64,000 nt of DNA, from positions 24,368-88,367 of the forward strand of contig JASFQK010000029.1 in NCBI GenBank assembly GCA_050115495.1, given 5' to 3'. This document shows, in pieces, positions 11,326 through 20,742 of this stretch. The notes beneath the pieces were generated by a model. The model saw only the letters and a list, made by a program, of their open reading frames with translations. It had not been told where the DNA came from and did not search any database. Position 1 is the first letter of the stretch. Each line of letters begins with the position of its first letter. This DNA comes from Phycisphaerae bacterium. GTDB lineage: Bacteria > Planctomycetota > Phycisphaerae > UBA1845 > Fen-1342. The position numbers and the translations under genes are program-made.

Positions 11326-12363
11326 GTGTCGACCGTGACCCCGCAGACCATCCTGGCCCGGCTGATCTCCCGCACCGACCTCACCGTCGACGAGGCCCGC
11401 GGCCTGTTCGACCAGATCATGGATGGCGCCGTCGGCCCCGAAGAGCTGGCCGCCATCCTCGCCGCCCTCGCCACCAAGGGCGAATCCGTGAGCGAACTCG
11501 TCGGCGGTGCCGAGGCCATGCGCAGCCGTGTCACGCCCATCCAATTACCACCAAGTGTGTCGGCAATAGATACGTGCAGCACGGGCGGCGACGGCCGGCC
11601 CACGTTCAATCTCTCGACGACCGTCGCGATCGTCGCTGCCGCCGCCGGCGCCACCGTCGCCAAGCACGGCAATCGCAGTAACACGCGCGCCAGCGGGTCG
11701 GCTGAAGGGCTGATGGCCCTCGGCGTCAACGTCGACGCCCCGCCGCCGATCGTCGAACGCTGCCTCGCCGAGGCTCGCATCGGCTTCCTCTTCGCGCCCA
11801 TGCTGCACCCGGCGATGCGCCACGCCGCCCCCGTCCGCCGAAAGCTCGGCACCCGAACCATTTTCAACCTGCTGGGACCGCTCACGAACCCGGCGGGCGT
11901 GCGCCGGCAACTGCTCGGCGTGAACCGTCCCGAGCTCGTCGAGACGATGATCGAGGTCCTTCGCCTGCTCGGGGCCGAGCGAGCCTGCGTCGTCCACGGC
12001 CTGGAGGGGCTCTGCGATCTGAGCATCTCCGGCCCGAGCCTGCTGGCCCGCTGGGACGGCCGCCGCGTGCGCGTGGAAGATGTCGATTGCCGCGCAACCG
12101 GGAGCGATCCCGCCCCGCCGGAAGCCCTCTACGTCCGCAGCCCCGCCGAAAGCGCGGCTGTCATCGGGCGGATTCTCGCCGGCGAGCCCGGCCCGCCACG
12201 TGAAGCCGTCGTGCTGAACGCCGCCGCGGCCCTCTGGGTGTCCGGTCTCGCCGACGACTGGACGTCGGGAGCGGTTCTGGCGAGGCAGGCCCTCGACAGC
12301 GGCGCCGCCCGCGACACGCTCTCCCGCTGGTGCGAACTAAGCCACGGCACCACTACGACATAG
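11326..12363 (+). CDS. trpD: Anthranilate phosphoribosyltransferase
   Basis: DTCSTGGDG, FNLST, KHGNRS, RTIFNLLGPLTNP. Confidence 0.95.
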   Translation: MSTVTPQTILARLISRTDLTVDEARGLFDQIMDGAVGPEELAAILAALATKGESVSELVGGAEAMRSRVTPIQLPPSVSAIDTCSTGGDGRPTFNLSTTVAIVAAAAGATVAKHGNRSNTRASGSAEGLMALGVNVDAPPPIVERCLAEARIGFLFAPMLHPAMRHAAPVRRKLGTRTIFNLLGPLTNPAGVRRQLLGVNRPELVETMIEVLRLLGAERACVVHGLEGLCDLSISGPSLLARWDGRRVRVEDVDCRATGSDPAPPEALYVRSPAESAAVIGRILAGEPGPPREAVVLNAAAALWVSGLADDWTSGAVLARQALDSGAARDTLSRWCELSHGTTTT

Positions 12364-12449
12364 CAGCCAGGACGCGACTTCCGCCAGATTCGGGGCCGCA
12401 ACCACCACTTCTTCAAAGCCCGGGGCACGAGCAGCCGAAACTACCCGGG

Positions 12450-12478
12450 TTGACAGTGCCTGAGGTCATTTCTATAGT
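12450..12478 (+). promoter_or_regulatory. Sigma70-type promoter of dksA-lspA
   Basis: TTGACA-17 bp-TATAGT. Confidence 0.8.
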
Positions 12479-12544
12479 AGTAGGGCTCGGGTGGATTGGG
12501 AGCGGTTTCGTTCCAAACATCTCAGATCCCGGCGGTGCAGGGCC

Positions 12545-13303
12545 ATGGCCAAGAAGCTCCCCAAGAAGGCAACCGGAAAGAAGGCAACCCCCCGTGCCAA
12601 GACCGCGCGCACCAAACGCGTGGCGAAGAAGAGCGCCTCGGCTAGCAAGGTGAGTAAGCCCGTGAAGAAGGCGACGAAAAAGGTGAAGGCCGTCAAGAAA
12701 GTGGTCCAGACCAGGGCGCCGGCCACGAAGAAGCCGGCCAAGGCCGCTGCCGCTAAAGCTGCCCCGCCGAAGAAGAAGCGAGCCCCCGCGGCCGCAAAGG
12801 CTGCCAAGCCCGCCGTCCGCGTCACGCCCGTTGCCCCGCGCAAGAAGGCCAGCCGTCCGCCCGCCGCCGGCCCCAAGCTCGTTCGCGAGCCTGAGGTCCC
12901 GGTTCCGGTCGAGCCCATGACGCCCGCGGAGACCGAGGAGTTCCGCCGAGCCCTGCTGGAAAAGCGGGCCGAGCTGGTCGGCGACGTCGGCACGCTCCAG
13001 GAGGAGGCCCTGCGCGGCAGTCGTCGCGAGGCCGCCGGTGATTTGTCGAGCATGCCGGTGCACATGGCCGACCTGGGCACCGACAACTACGAAATGGAAT
13101 TCAGCCTCGGCCTGCTTCAGGGCCGGCGCGAGATGCTGCAGGAGATCGAGGACGCCCTCGAGCGTATCCGCCAGGGCACGTACGGCGTCTGCCTGGCCAC
13201 CGGCAAACCGATCGGCAAGGCACGCCTGCGGGCCACCCCCTGGGCCAGGTTCTGCTACGAGCACACGCTGGCTCTCGAGCGCGGCGAGCGACACGGAACG
13301 TAG
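12545..13303 (+). CDS. dksA: DksA/TraR-family protein with Lys/Ala/Pro-rich N-terminus
   Basis: HMADLGTD, IEDALERIRQGTYGVC, RLRATPWARFC. Confidence 0.88.
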   Translation: MAKKLPKKATGKKATPRAKTARTKRVAKKSASASKVSKPVKKATKKVKAVKKVVQTRAPATKKPAKAAAAKAAPPKKKRAPAAAKAAKPAVRVTPVAPRKKASRPPAAGPKLVREPEVPVPVEPMTPAETEEFRRALLEKRAELVGDVGTLQEEALRGSRREAAGDLSSMPVHMADLGTDNYEMEFSLGLLQGRREMLQEIEDALERIRQGTYGVCLATGKPIGKARLRATPWARFCYEHTLALERGERHGT

Positions 13304-13306
13304 GCG

Positions 13307-14116
13307 TTGTCCTCCCCCACCATGCCTTCCTCAATGTCTGACACACCGGCCACCCGGGAAACGAGCACCGCTGCGCCGCCGGCGACCACGCCGCGCGCCG
13401 CCGGCGATCACACAACGGCCTTCTTCCACGTGCCGTCGCAAGTGCGCTTCTGGCTCGTTGCCGCACTGGGGCTGACCGCGGATTTGTGGTCGAAGGCATG
13501 GGCGTTCGGCACGCTGGGACAACGGGCCCGCCGGGTCCTGATTCCCCACGTGCTCGAGTTGCAGACGATGATGAACGACGGGGCGCTGTTCGGAATCGGC
13601 AGCGGCCGCACGATGCTCTTCCTCGTCGCCTCGGTTCTGGCCCTTGGGCTGGTGCTGTGGATGTTCGCCGGCAGCTCGCCACGGAGCTGGCTGCTGCACG
13701 TGGCGTTCGGGGCGATCCTGGCCGGGGCGGCCGGAAACATGTACGACCGCGTCTTCGTGCAACTCGTGGGCATCGCCGGTACGGGCGGCTTTCCGATCTT
13801 CTACGAGGTGTCCGAGAACGACAACGGCACGCTCGTGTTCCGGGAATATCCGGCCCGAGAGGACCGTCCGACGCTGATCCGCCCGAAGCAGGCCCTCGAC
13901 AAACTGCCGCAACCCGTCGGCCACGTGCGGGATTTCATCAAGATCCCGACGCGGTTCTTCGGCGGGCGGGAGCTGTGGCCTTGGGTCTTCAACGTAGCGG
14001 ACATGCTGCTCGTCGGCGGCGTGGCGATCCTGGGCTACCGCCTGTGGCGAGATCGCGGCAGCGGCCGGCGGCCACCTGAACCGCGAGACGCGCCGGCGGC
14101 CGGAACAGGCGCTTGA
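13307..14116 (+). CDS. lspA: Lipoprotein signal peptidase II
   Basis: DLWSK, NDGALFG, GAAGNMYDR, VRDFI, VFNVAD. Confidence 0.93.
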   Translation: MSSPTMPSSMSDTPATRETSTAAPPATTPRAAGDHTTAFFHVPSQVRFWLVAALGLTADLWSKAWAFGTLGQRARRVLIPHVLELQTMMNDGALFGIGSGRTMLFLVASVLALGLVLWMFAGSSPRSWLLHVAFGAILAGAAGNMYDRVFVQLVGIAGTGGFPIFYEVSENDNGTLVFREYPAREDRPTLIRPKQALDKLPQPVGHVRDFIKIPTRFFGGRELWPWVFNVADMLLVGGVAILGYRLWRDRGSGRRPPEPRDAPAAGTGA

Positions 14117-14140
14117 TCCAACCGCGGCCGGCAGAGACGC

Positions 14141-14169
14141 TTGACTCGCCGACGGCGAAGGCCTAACGT
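14141..14169 (+). promoter_or_regulatory. Promoter of tRNA-Pro
   Basis: TTGACT-17 bp-TAACGT, 12 bp before the tRNA. Confidence 0.6.
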
Positions 14170-14181
14170 GGAGATGAACGC

Positions 14182-14256
14182 CGGGGCGTGGCGCAGCTTG
14201 GCTAGCGCGTCTGCATGGGGTGCAGAAGGTCGCAGGTTCGAATCCTGTCGCCCCGA
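14182..14256 (+). tRNA. tRNA-Pro(GGG), CCA not encoded
   Basis: Acceptor CGGGGCG/CGCCCCG, anticodon arm TCTGC-ATGGGGT-GCAGA, T arm GGTTCGAATCC. Confidence 0.96.
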
Positions 14257-14407
14257 TTAGCGGCTCAGGCCGCGAGTAGAGCAGGTGGGGGTAGTGGGAA
14301 GAGAGTAGAGCCGCGACGAGAGCGTCTCGGCCGCCGAGAACCGCTCGCCGCGAATCGACCTCTCCTGCGGTTTTCTCTCTGCTCTCCACTTTCCTGTCGC
14401 CGGGGGA

Positions 14408-14531
14408 TCAGTCATGCCCTTCGCGTTTGAGAAGCCACGTGTCCACCGGGCGGCCAGTTGCGTCCCAGCACAGCACGACGACAGTTCGGACACCGAGCGA
14501 TGACGCCCACGCAGGCGCGCGATCACGTGTG
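14408..14531 (+). repeat. Diverged direct repeat, copy 1 (copy 2 at 32436-32559)
   Basis: Ungapped alignment at offset 18028; 27-bp identical core at 14495-14521. Confidence 0.85.
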
Positions 14532-15135
14532 TTCCCTGGCCACGGCAGACACCGAGGCCGCGCTTCAGGTGGCGCGCGGCATCGACGATCCGTGGTTCGC
14601 CTGCCAAGCTCTGGCCTGGGCGGCGCGATTCGCACCGGACGAGCGCGTCGAAGCAATCGTCGCCGAGGCGCTGACCGTCGGCCATCGGCACGCCGATCCG
14701 TACAAGGTCGTTGGCTCCACGGCTTGGCCGATTCGGGCGCTGGTGGAAAGAGGCCGGACCAACCGGATAGCCCCGATTCTGGAGGAGATGTTGGATCGCG
14801 TGCCGCGAATTGAGCCTCCTGCCGGGCGTTCGGAAGCGGTCTTCCTCCTGTTTCAGGCGGTGTTCCCGGCGGGCCGGAACTGGTGGGCGCGAGTCCTCGA
14901 CGTGCTGATCGCGGTCTCCGATCCCGGCACGCACTGGCGTCAGGCACGCAACACGAGAGACGCCCTGCTCATGGTGGCCGAGGAGGATCCCGGCTTCGCC
15001 GCCGACTGCGCCAACCGCCTCAGCAACAAACGGAACCGACGTCGCATCGAACAATGCCTGTCCCGCCACGACACCCAGACGCGCCGCCCCTTCTTCTGGA
15101 AACCGGACTCTCCCTACGCAGGCGAGCCCGGATGA
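14500..15135 (+). CDS. Helical hypothetical protein
   Basis: 211-aa ORF, AxxIDDPWFACQALAWAA helical-repeat-like segments. Confidence 0.7.
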   Translation: MTPTQARDHVCSLATADTEAALQVARGIDDPWFACQALAWAARFAPDERVEAIVAEALTVGHRHADPYKVVGSTAWPIRALVERGRTNRIAPILEEMLDRVPRIEPPAGRSEAVFLLFQAVFPAGRNWWARVLDVLIAVSDPGTHWRQARNTRDALLMVAEEDPGFAADCANRLSNKRNRRRIEQCLSRHDTQTRRPFFWKPDSPYAGEPG

Positions 15136-15601
15136 CAAGCAGCCGAAGCCGTGAGGCCCGTGTAACCGGCCCGGCCCGGGGCCGTGACAAGCGGCGGCGA
15201 CACGCCCGCCGCGTGGTAGGATGCGCGCATGATGATGCTGTTGACCGAGATCGGCGACAAGATGCTCACCGTGGACGAGTGGACCACGGCCGCCAGGAAA
15301 CGGTCCACGATCGTTTCAATACCAGGCGAATCGCCCCGAGTTGTAAGCGACGAAGAGGTCCGAACTCGCAGATGATGCGGGCCGGGCCTGTTCGCTTACT
15401 GCCGCTTTTTCGAAGGTGAATCGTATGTTAGGCCGGATTGATGGTTAGCTCCAGAACGTACATGGCTGACAAGGTGAATTGGCGGAAGAACTGAATGAGG
15501 GCACCGGTTCGCACACTGGATGAGGCGACGGTGAGCTACCGGATAACCTCTGGTCTTTGGTACAGCGTATACGTCGGCTTCGGATCGCCCAGGGGACACA
15601 G

Positions 15602-16666
15602 ATGAAGACATTGCAGCGTTTCTTGATAGTGCTTGGGGTATTCGTCTTCGCCTACAACGCCAGAATCATCGCGCATGAGCTGGGTCACGCCCTGACTCTT
15701 GTTGCCACGGAAGGTGAGGTCGACTTCATTGAAGTCTCTCCGCTTTCTTCGTCATGCGTACACTACAGGTCAGCCCCGGAGCTGATGGCAACAAGCTGGG
15801 GCGGCTTCCTGTGGGAGAGCATCAGCGGGCTTCTCGTCTTCTTCGTCCTATGGGTCGCCAAGAGCCGCCTGAGCTTCTTCGGCGTTGTCCTCGCGATTAC
15901 GAGCTTGGCCGGAACAGGAATATACATGCTGGTGGGAGCCGTACTGCGCATCGGTGACTCGGCTGATCTCATAAGCATGGGGGTGCCCCCGGCAGTTCTC
16001 GTCATACTGGGCACCGCTCTATTACTGTTGGCTCTTCCCTTGAGCTTGCCCTTGGGCGGCTTGCTGGGAGTCGGTAAGGGTAAGAACCGGCTGAGCGTCA
16101 CGATACTCGTCTTCTCTCCGGCCGTCGTCTATCTCCTCGCGATAATCGCCTTCAATCTGTGGCACAACTCCGATAAATGGCTGATGTGGACTGCGTCTAT
16201 CGGCGGAGGGCTTCTTCTCGTCGTCTTGATCTCAGTCACAGTCCACTTCACGTGGGCATGGTGTGCCGGAACAGAAACGCTGCGACGGGCAATCCCGATC
16301 AACTGGCACATGTGCCTTCTGAGCCTTGCGTTGGGTGGAGGCGTTGTCGCAACAGAATACCTGGCTTTTCCCAAACCAGAGCCAGCTCACGCACGGGCGG
16401 AGCCCCTCCTGGAGTGGTTCCAGGACGAGCAGAACCATGCTGGAGGGTCGTTTGATCCGCGAGATGTTGATGGTGGCAGCGTTGTCTTCAGGAATATAGA
16501 TGGGCAGCACGGACAGCGAGCCTTACCTGACGTTACCTGGGGTGGCCGTTGGTCTTCCTCGCTCAAGAAGCTGGTCGTTCTGACCAGAACGGAGTTGCCA
16601 GAACCTCTCCCAAGCCCCGACACCTGTGTATTCCGTACACTTGAGCATGCTCAAGCCGACGGATGA
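15602..16666 (+). CDS. M50-like membrane metallopeptidase, 3' end probably cut by an IS
   Basis: AHELGH after first TM, many TM segments, visibly lower GC; C-terminus runs into the IS5 remnant. Confidence 0.65.
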   Translation: MKTLQRFLIVLGVFVFAYNARIIAHELGHALTLVATEGEVDFIEVSPLSSSCVHYRSAPELMATSWGGFLWESISGLLVFFVLWVAKSRLSFFGVVLAITSLAGTGIYMLVGAVLRIGDSADLISMGVPPAVLVILGTALLLLALPLSLPLGGLLGVGKGKNRLSVTILVFSPAVVYLLAIIAFNLWHNSDKWLMWTASIGGGLLLVVLISVTVHFTWAWCAGTETLRRAIPINWHMCLLSLALGGGVVATEYLAFPKPEPAHARAEPLLEWFQDEQNHAGGSFDPRDVDGGSVVFRNIDGQHGQRALPDVTWGGRWSSSLKKLVVLTRTELPEPLPSPDTCVFRTLEHAQADG

Positions 16667-17000
16667 GCAGCTCGATTGGCTGGCGGAGCGGATTCCTGAT
16701 CACGAGCTCTCGCCCAAGGGTGGTCGCCCGCCGGTAGACACACATGAGGTGATGCAGGGCATCTTCTGGATCCTCGACAACGGCGCGAAATGGAAGGATC
16801 TACCGCGGAAGTTCGGCTCGAAGAACACCGTGCATCGCTGGTTCCAGATCTGGACGGACGCCGGCGTGTTCAAGCAGATCATGTGCGACGCCGGGTGACT
16901 GGTTGAGGAACGTGATGGCTTCAAGTTGTACGAATGTCTCATCGACAAGACATTCGCCAAGGCCCGCGGCGGCGGTGACGGCATCGGCCAGACCAAGTGC
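16600..17000 (+). mobile_element. IS5-family transposase remnant
   Basis: ATG 16647; TDEQ..GGRPP..GIFWILDNGAKWKDLP..VHRWFQIW; in-frame TGA 16896-16898 then ECLIDKTFAKARGGG; truncated; ends approximate. Confidence 0.85.
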
Positions 17001-17439
17001 TGGGTGCGGGGTATCGTCGGCTGGAACACGAGGTGGATTAGTGCCGAACGCCCATCGTTGAAGACGGATAACGGCTCGGCGCCCACGGTACGCCGGAGAA
17101 GTTGGCCGTTCTGGTCGTGGCCCTACGCATATACATGTGGCGAGCGCGGTTGGGCCGGAAGCGGTACGTGTCCGGCGGTCCTGCGCCCGGCCCGCAGGGG
17201 CGGTGTGCGCCGGCTGGCTGGGGGAACCGGCTGTCGTCCGCAGCGGGCCCGGCGCAGGGCAGCCGGACCCCGACGCGGCTTGGACCGGCTTCCGCCCGCG
17301 GCGGCGTAACCGGTTTCGCGGAGGTTTGTGCGTTACGTCAACGAACTTCGGGCGACTAGGGAAGTAGTGGAATAGGGATGAGAATGCGGTGAGTGCGGTT
17401 GCGTCCTTGGGGCCGGGCGGGGCTTGGCCAAACGAGGCG

Positions 17440-17655
17440 ATGATGATGGTGAGACGAATCAGGAAGCTGGGCTTGCGGCGGGACGTCCTGCGCAACGTGT
17501 CAACTGCAGACATGTGACGCATCGTGGCGGTCGGCGGACCACGATCGGGTACTCCGGGTCACCATACGGACAACTGCCCGCCGCCTCCGCCGCCGGGTCC
17601 ATCGCAGAATGACAGCGCATGCTACTGCATCACGACGGCCAGCCAGCTCTGCTGA
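17440..17655 (+). pseudogene. lanA: Lanthipeptide precursor A1 with in-frame TGA
   Basis: MMMVRRIRKLGLRRDVLRNVSTADM*RIVAVGG/PRSGTPGHHTDNCPPPPPPGPSQNDSACYCITTASQLC; TGA at 17515-17517. Confidence 0.8.
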
Positions 17656-17733
17656 AGCGAACGCGAACACCGTGGCTAGACCTCGCATGCCGGTCAAACA
17701 GACAACGAAGTACGGCCAGAGAAGGAGCAAGCA

Positions 17734-17979
17734 ATGGGAAGACGGATCAAGAGACTGATGCTGCGGAAAGAGGTTCTGCGCGACTTGGCACCCGGGGACA
17801 TGCGACAGGTCGTCGCGGTCGGCGGACGCGGGTCAGAGGTCGCGTGTAACGATACGACGCAGTGCTTGCCAGAACATACCATATCGTGCACGCTGTGCAC
17901 ATTCCCGTGTCCCGACGCGTCCCGCGACAGCGCCTGCTACCTGTGTAAAGGGGACGGGCAGATGTGGTGGCTCTCCTGA
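17734..17979 (+). CDS. lanA: Lanthipeptide precursor A2
   Basis: AAGGAG RBS; leader with LMLRKEVLRDL and VAVGG; 50-aa core with 7 Cys and 10 Ser/Thr. Confidence 0.85.
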   Translation: MGRRIKRLMLRKEVLRDLAPGDMRQVVAVGGRGSEVACNDTTQCLPEHTISCTLCTFPCPDASRDSACYLCKGDGQMWWLS

Positions 17980-18077
17980 GCTAGACCAGAGAGCCGGCAG
18001 CACGCACCGCAGGTGGCTCAGATAGGCGATGGGCAACATCCTGCCCGTGGCGTGCATCCGGAATTCAGGCTCATGCG

Positions 18078-20732
18078 CTAGGGAGAAGGTGCTCCCGCAG
18101 GCGAGGGAGACAGAGGCACGCTCCACTCGGCTGCCTGTGCCGGATTCCCGCATGTCTCGCAGAACTCGGCGATCCGGCGCCGGAACGCCATCCGCCGCCG
18201 ATTCGTCGGCGGGTAGACCAAGCGGAGTCTCACCCGGTCGAACAGATCGGCAGCAATCACCTTCGCTTGGTCGCACTCTCCGCGGGAGACGAGGCAGTCC
18301 AGGAGCATGGCCTCGGTCTCGGGGACGTGAAACGGCTCTTGCGGGGCTGATTCGTTCCAGATGTCCAGCGCATCGCGGAAGCACTGCTCAGCTTCCTCCC
18401 GTCTGCCCAGCGCAAGCAGCGATGCGCCATATCTGGCCGTGGCGACCGCGTACATCCTGTGCCGCGGCCCCAACAAGCGGAGGTAGACCGTAGTAACTTC
18501 TTCGTGAAGCTCCACCAATCTCGCTCGGTCGGCCGACTCGCCGCGTTCCATCTGCTCTTCGAGGAGGCCCGAGAGATTCAACAGGCTGATGGCGACGACC
18601 GGATGCACGTCTCCAAGCTGGGCGCGTCGGATGTGAAGCGCCTCGCCGTGCATCCGCTCTGCTGTGGCAAGATCGCCGAGCGCGCGATGGGCGTTCGCCA
18701 GGTAGGTGAGAATGTCCGCCCGGTCCAGCGGCCCGCCCTTTGCGCGGACATGTGTGTCCAGTGCCTGGGTGCAGTAGGACACAGCATCCGCGTACCGCTC
18801 GGCGTAGAGACTGACGTCGGCGAGATCGACCAGGCTCTGCATGATCTCCCGTCCGTGTTGGCCGGGCAAAGCGCGGCGGATCTCCAGTGCCTGGAGATGG
18901 CAGCGCTCGGCCTGCTCGCTGTCGCCGCCGCGCAACCAGGCGCTACCCAAAGCGGCCAGGCTGTCCGCCGCTTCCGCGGACTCGTCTCCCCACAGCTCAC
19001 GGCTCAAGGTGAGGGCTCGTTCGCATAGGGGGCGGGCTTCCTCCCACTGACCTGTCTCCCGCAGTACCTCGGCCAAGCCGCGGAGAGAGGCGACGTACTT
19101 CGCGGGTCCGGTTCCGAGTTCCGATTTTCGCAGGCCCACGGCTTGGCGCAGGTGCTTCTCCGACTCCGGGTACAAGCCCAGGCCGTAGTACATACGGCCG
19201 ATCGTCTCGTGGAGTGTGGCGGCGAACCGCGGCCGGTCGCGACAATCCGTCTCGACCCGCCGCGCGGCCTCGTCGAGCACTTCCCGTACGGTCAGATCGG
19301 CTCCCCGGGCGTGTTGGGGATCGATCGAGGCCAGTATGTCGTCGAGCAGGAACGACTGAACCCACTCGGTCTCTTCGAGGGCGCGGCGAGCGCGGACGGC
19401 CTCCCGCGTGGCGCGGACGGCTTGCCACGCCGCCACGGCCGAGCCCAAAGCGACAACCAGGGCTATGACGGCAGCGCTCACGGTCAGCGCCCGGTGGCGG
19501 CGAACGAACTTGCCCGCCCGCTCCCACGTCGGGCTGGGCCGATCGGGGATCGGTTGGTGGTCGAGGTGCCGGCGGATGGCGTCCGCCAGCTTGTCCACGC
19601 TCTCGAACCGTCGCGCCCGGTCAGGTTCCAGGCACTTGCACACGATCCAATCGAGGTCGCCGCGCAGAGCACGCCCCAGGCTCTCCGGCTGGAGGCTGCG
19701 CCTTCCAGCTGCCGCCGCGGCGTCGTACGGCGTGCGTTGCTCACCGGGTCGCGATGTGTCCACTCCGTTCACGGCGACAGGGCCGGCGGCTGGGCGACGC
19801 AGCCATGAAGACGAGACGGCCTTGAGGCCGCATCGCGTGCTTGGCCACGGGGGGTCTTCGAGCTTCTCACGTACGAGGTCCGCCAGCGTAGTGGCGGCGA
19901 ACGGCAGGTGACCGGTGAGGAGTTCGTAGAGAACGACGCCGAGAGAATACACATCCGTGCGAACGTCGATGGTGTCGATGTTGCCCTCGAACTGCTCCGG
20001 GGAGGCCCAGAGATACGTGCCGGCGAACTCGCCCGGGCGCGTCCGGTGACAACTGCTCAGGGCCAGTTCGCGGTTGGTGACGCGGGCGACGCCGAAGTCG
20101 ATGATCTTGGGCTCGCCGGCGTCGCCGATGAGGATGTTCGTGGGTTTCAAATCGCGGTGAATCACGCCCTTCTGATGGGCGTAGCGGATCCCGTCGCAGA
20201 CTTTGAGGAACAGCCGCAAACGCCCGGGCAGGTCCAGCGTGATGGCGTCGGCGTGGTCCACGATGGTCGTGGCGTGCTCGATGTACTCCATCGCGTAGTA
20301 GGGCAGGGCATCCGTGGGTTTACGGCTGCTCGGTCCGACGTAGTACTGCGCGATGTTCGGGTGCTTCAGCGCCGCGATGACGCGTCGCTCGCGCCAGAAC
20401 TGGTCCAGCGACTCCGGCGACACGGCTTCGCCCTTGATGATCTTCAGGGCAACGATGTGGCGCGACTCCTGCTCCATCGCGCGGTAGACGGTGCCCATAC
20501 CGCCGGTGCCGAGCTCTTCGAACAACCGGAAGCCGGCGATCGTCTCCGGCGGGCCGGGATGCAGGCGGAACCAGCGCTCAACCGCGTGCAGGATGGGCGA
20601 TGAAGCGGCGCCCTCGTCCCGAAGGTACTGCAACCTGTCCGCACGGTCGCTCCGCGGGAGCGTCTCCAACTGCGCGATCAGCTCGTGGACGCCATTCCAC
20701 TGCTCATCGGTAAGCTCTTCCACCGAGGCCAT
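18078..20732 (-). CDS. Membrane Ser/Thr protein kinase with C-terminal TPRs
   Basis: GTGGMGTVY, VALK, HRDLKPTN, DFG, SPEQ; TM segment; TPR-like repeats. Confidence 0.95.
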   Translation of the reverse strand: MASVEELTDEQWNGVHELIAQLETLPRSDRADRLQYLRDEGAASSPILHAVERWFRLHPGPPETIAGFRLFEELGTGGMGTVYRAMEQESRHIVALKIIKGEAVSPESLDQFWRERRVIAALKHPNIAQYYVGPSSRKPTDALPYYAMEYIEHATTIVDHADAITLDLPGRLRLFLKVCDGIRYAHQKGVIHRDLKPTNILIGDAGEPKIIDFGVARVTNRELALSSCHRTRPGEFAGTYLWASPEQFEGNIDTIDVRTDVYSLGVVLYELLTGHLPFAATTLADLVREKLEDPPWPSTRCGLKAVSSSWLRRPAAGPVAVNGVDTSRPGEQRTPYDAAAAAGRRSLQPESLGRALRGDLDWIVCKCLEPDRARRFESVDKLADAIRRHLDHQPIPDRPSPTWERAGKFVRRHRALTVSAAVIALVVALGSAVAAWQAVRATREAVRARRALEETEWVQSFLLDDILASIDPQHARGADLTVREVLDEAARRVETDCRDRPRFAATLHETIGRMYYGLGLYPESEKHLRQAVGLRKSELGTGPAKYVASLRGLAEVLRETGQWEEARPLCERALTLSRELWGDESAEAADSLAALGSAWLRGGDSEQAERCHLQALEIRRALPGQHGREIMQSLVDLADVSLYAERYADAVSYCTQALDTHVRAKGGPLDRADILTYLANAHRALGDLATAERMHGEALHIRRAQLGDVHPVVAISLLNLSGLLEEQMERGESADRARLVELHEEVTTVYLRLLGPRHRMYAVATARYGASLLALGRREEAEQCFRDALDIWNESAPQEPFHVPETEAMLLDCLVSRGECDQAKVIAADLFDRVRLRLVYPPTNRRRMAFRRRIAEFCETCGNPAQAAEWSVPLSPSPAGAPSP

Positions 20733-20742
20733 GGCCCTTACC

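Noticed and set aside
14280..14400. Imperfect purine/pyrimidine inverted repeat after the tRNA
   Set aside because: Pairing too loose to call an RNA or element by eye
15331..15339. TCGCCCCGA as attR copy of the tRNA 3' end
   Set aside because: Only 9 bp in GC-rich DNA, and no integrase seen
17515..17517. Selenocysteine at the TGA of precursor A1
   Set aside because: Aligned paralog codon is Arg (CGA) in the leader, not Cys; no SECIS identified
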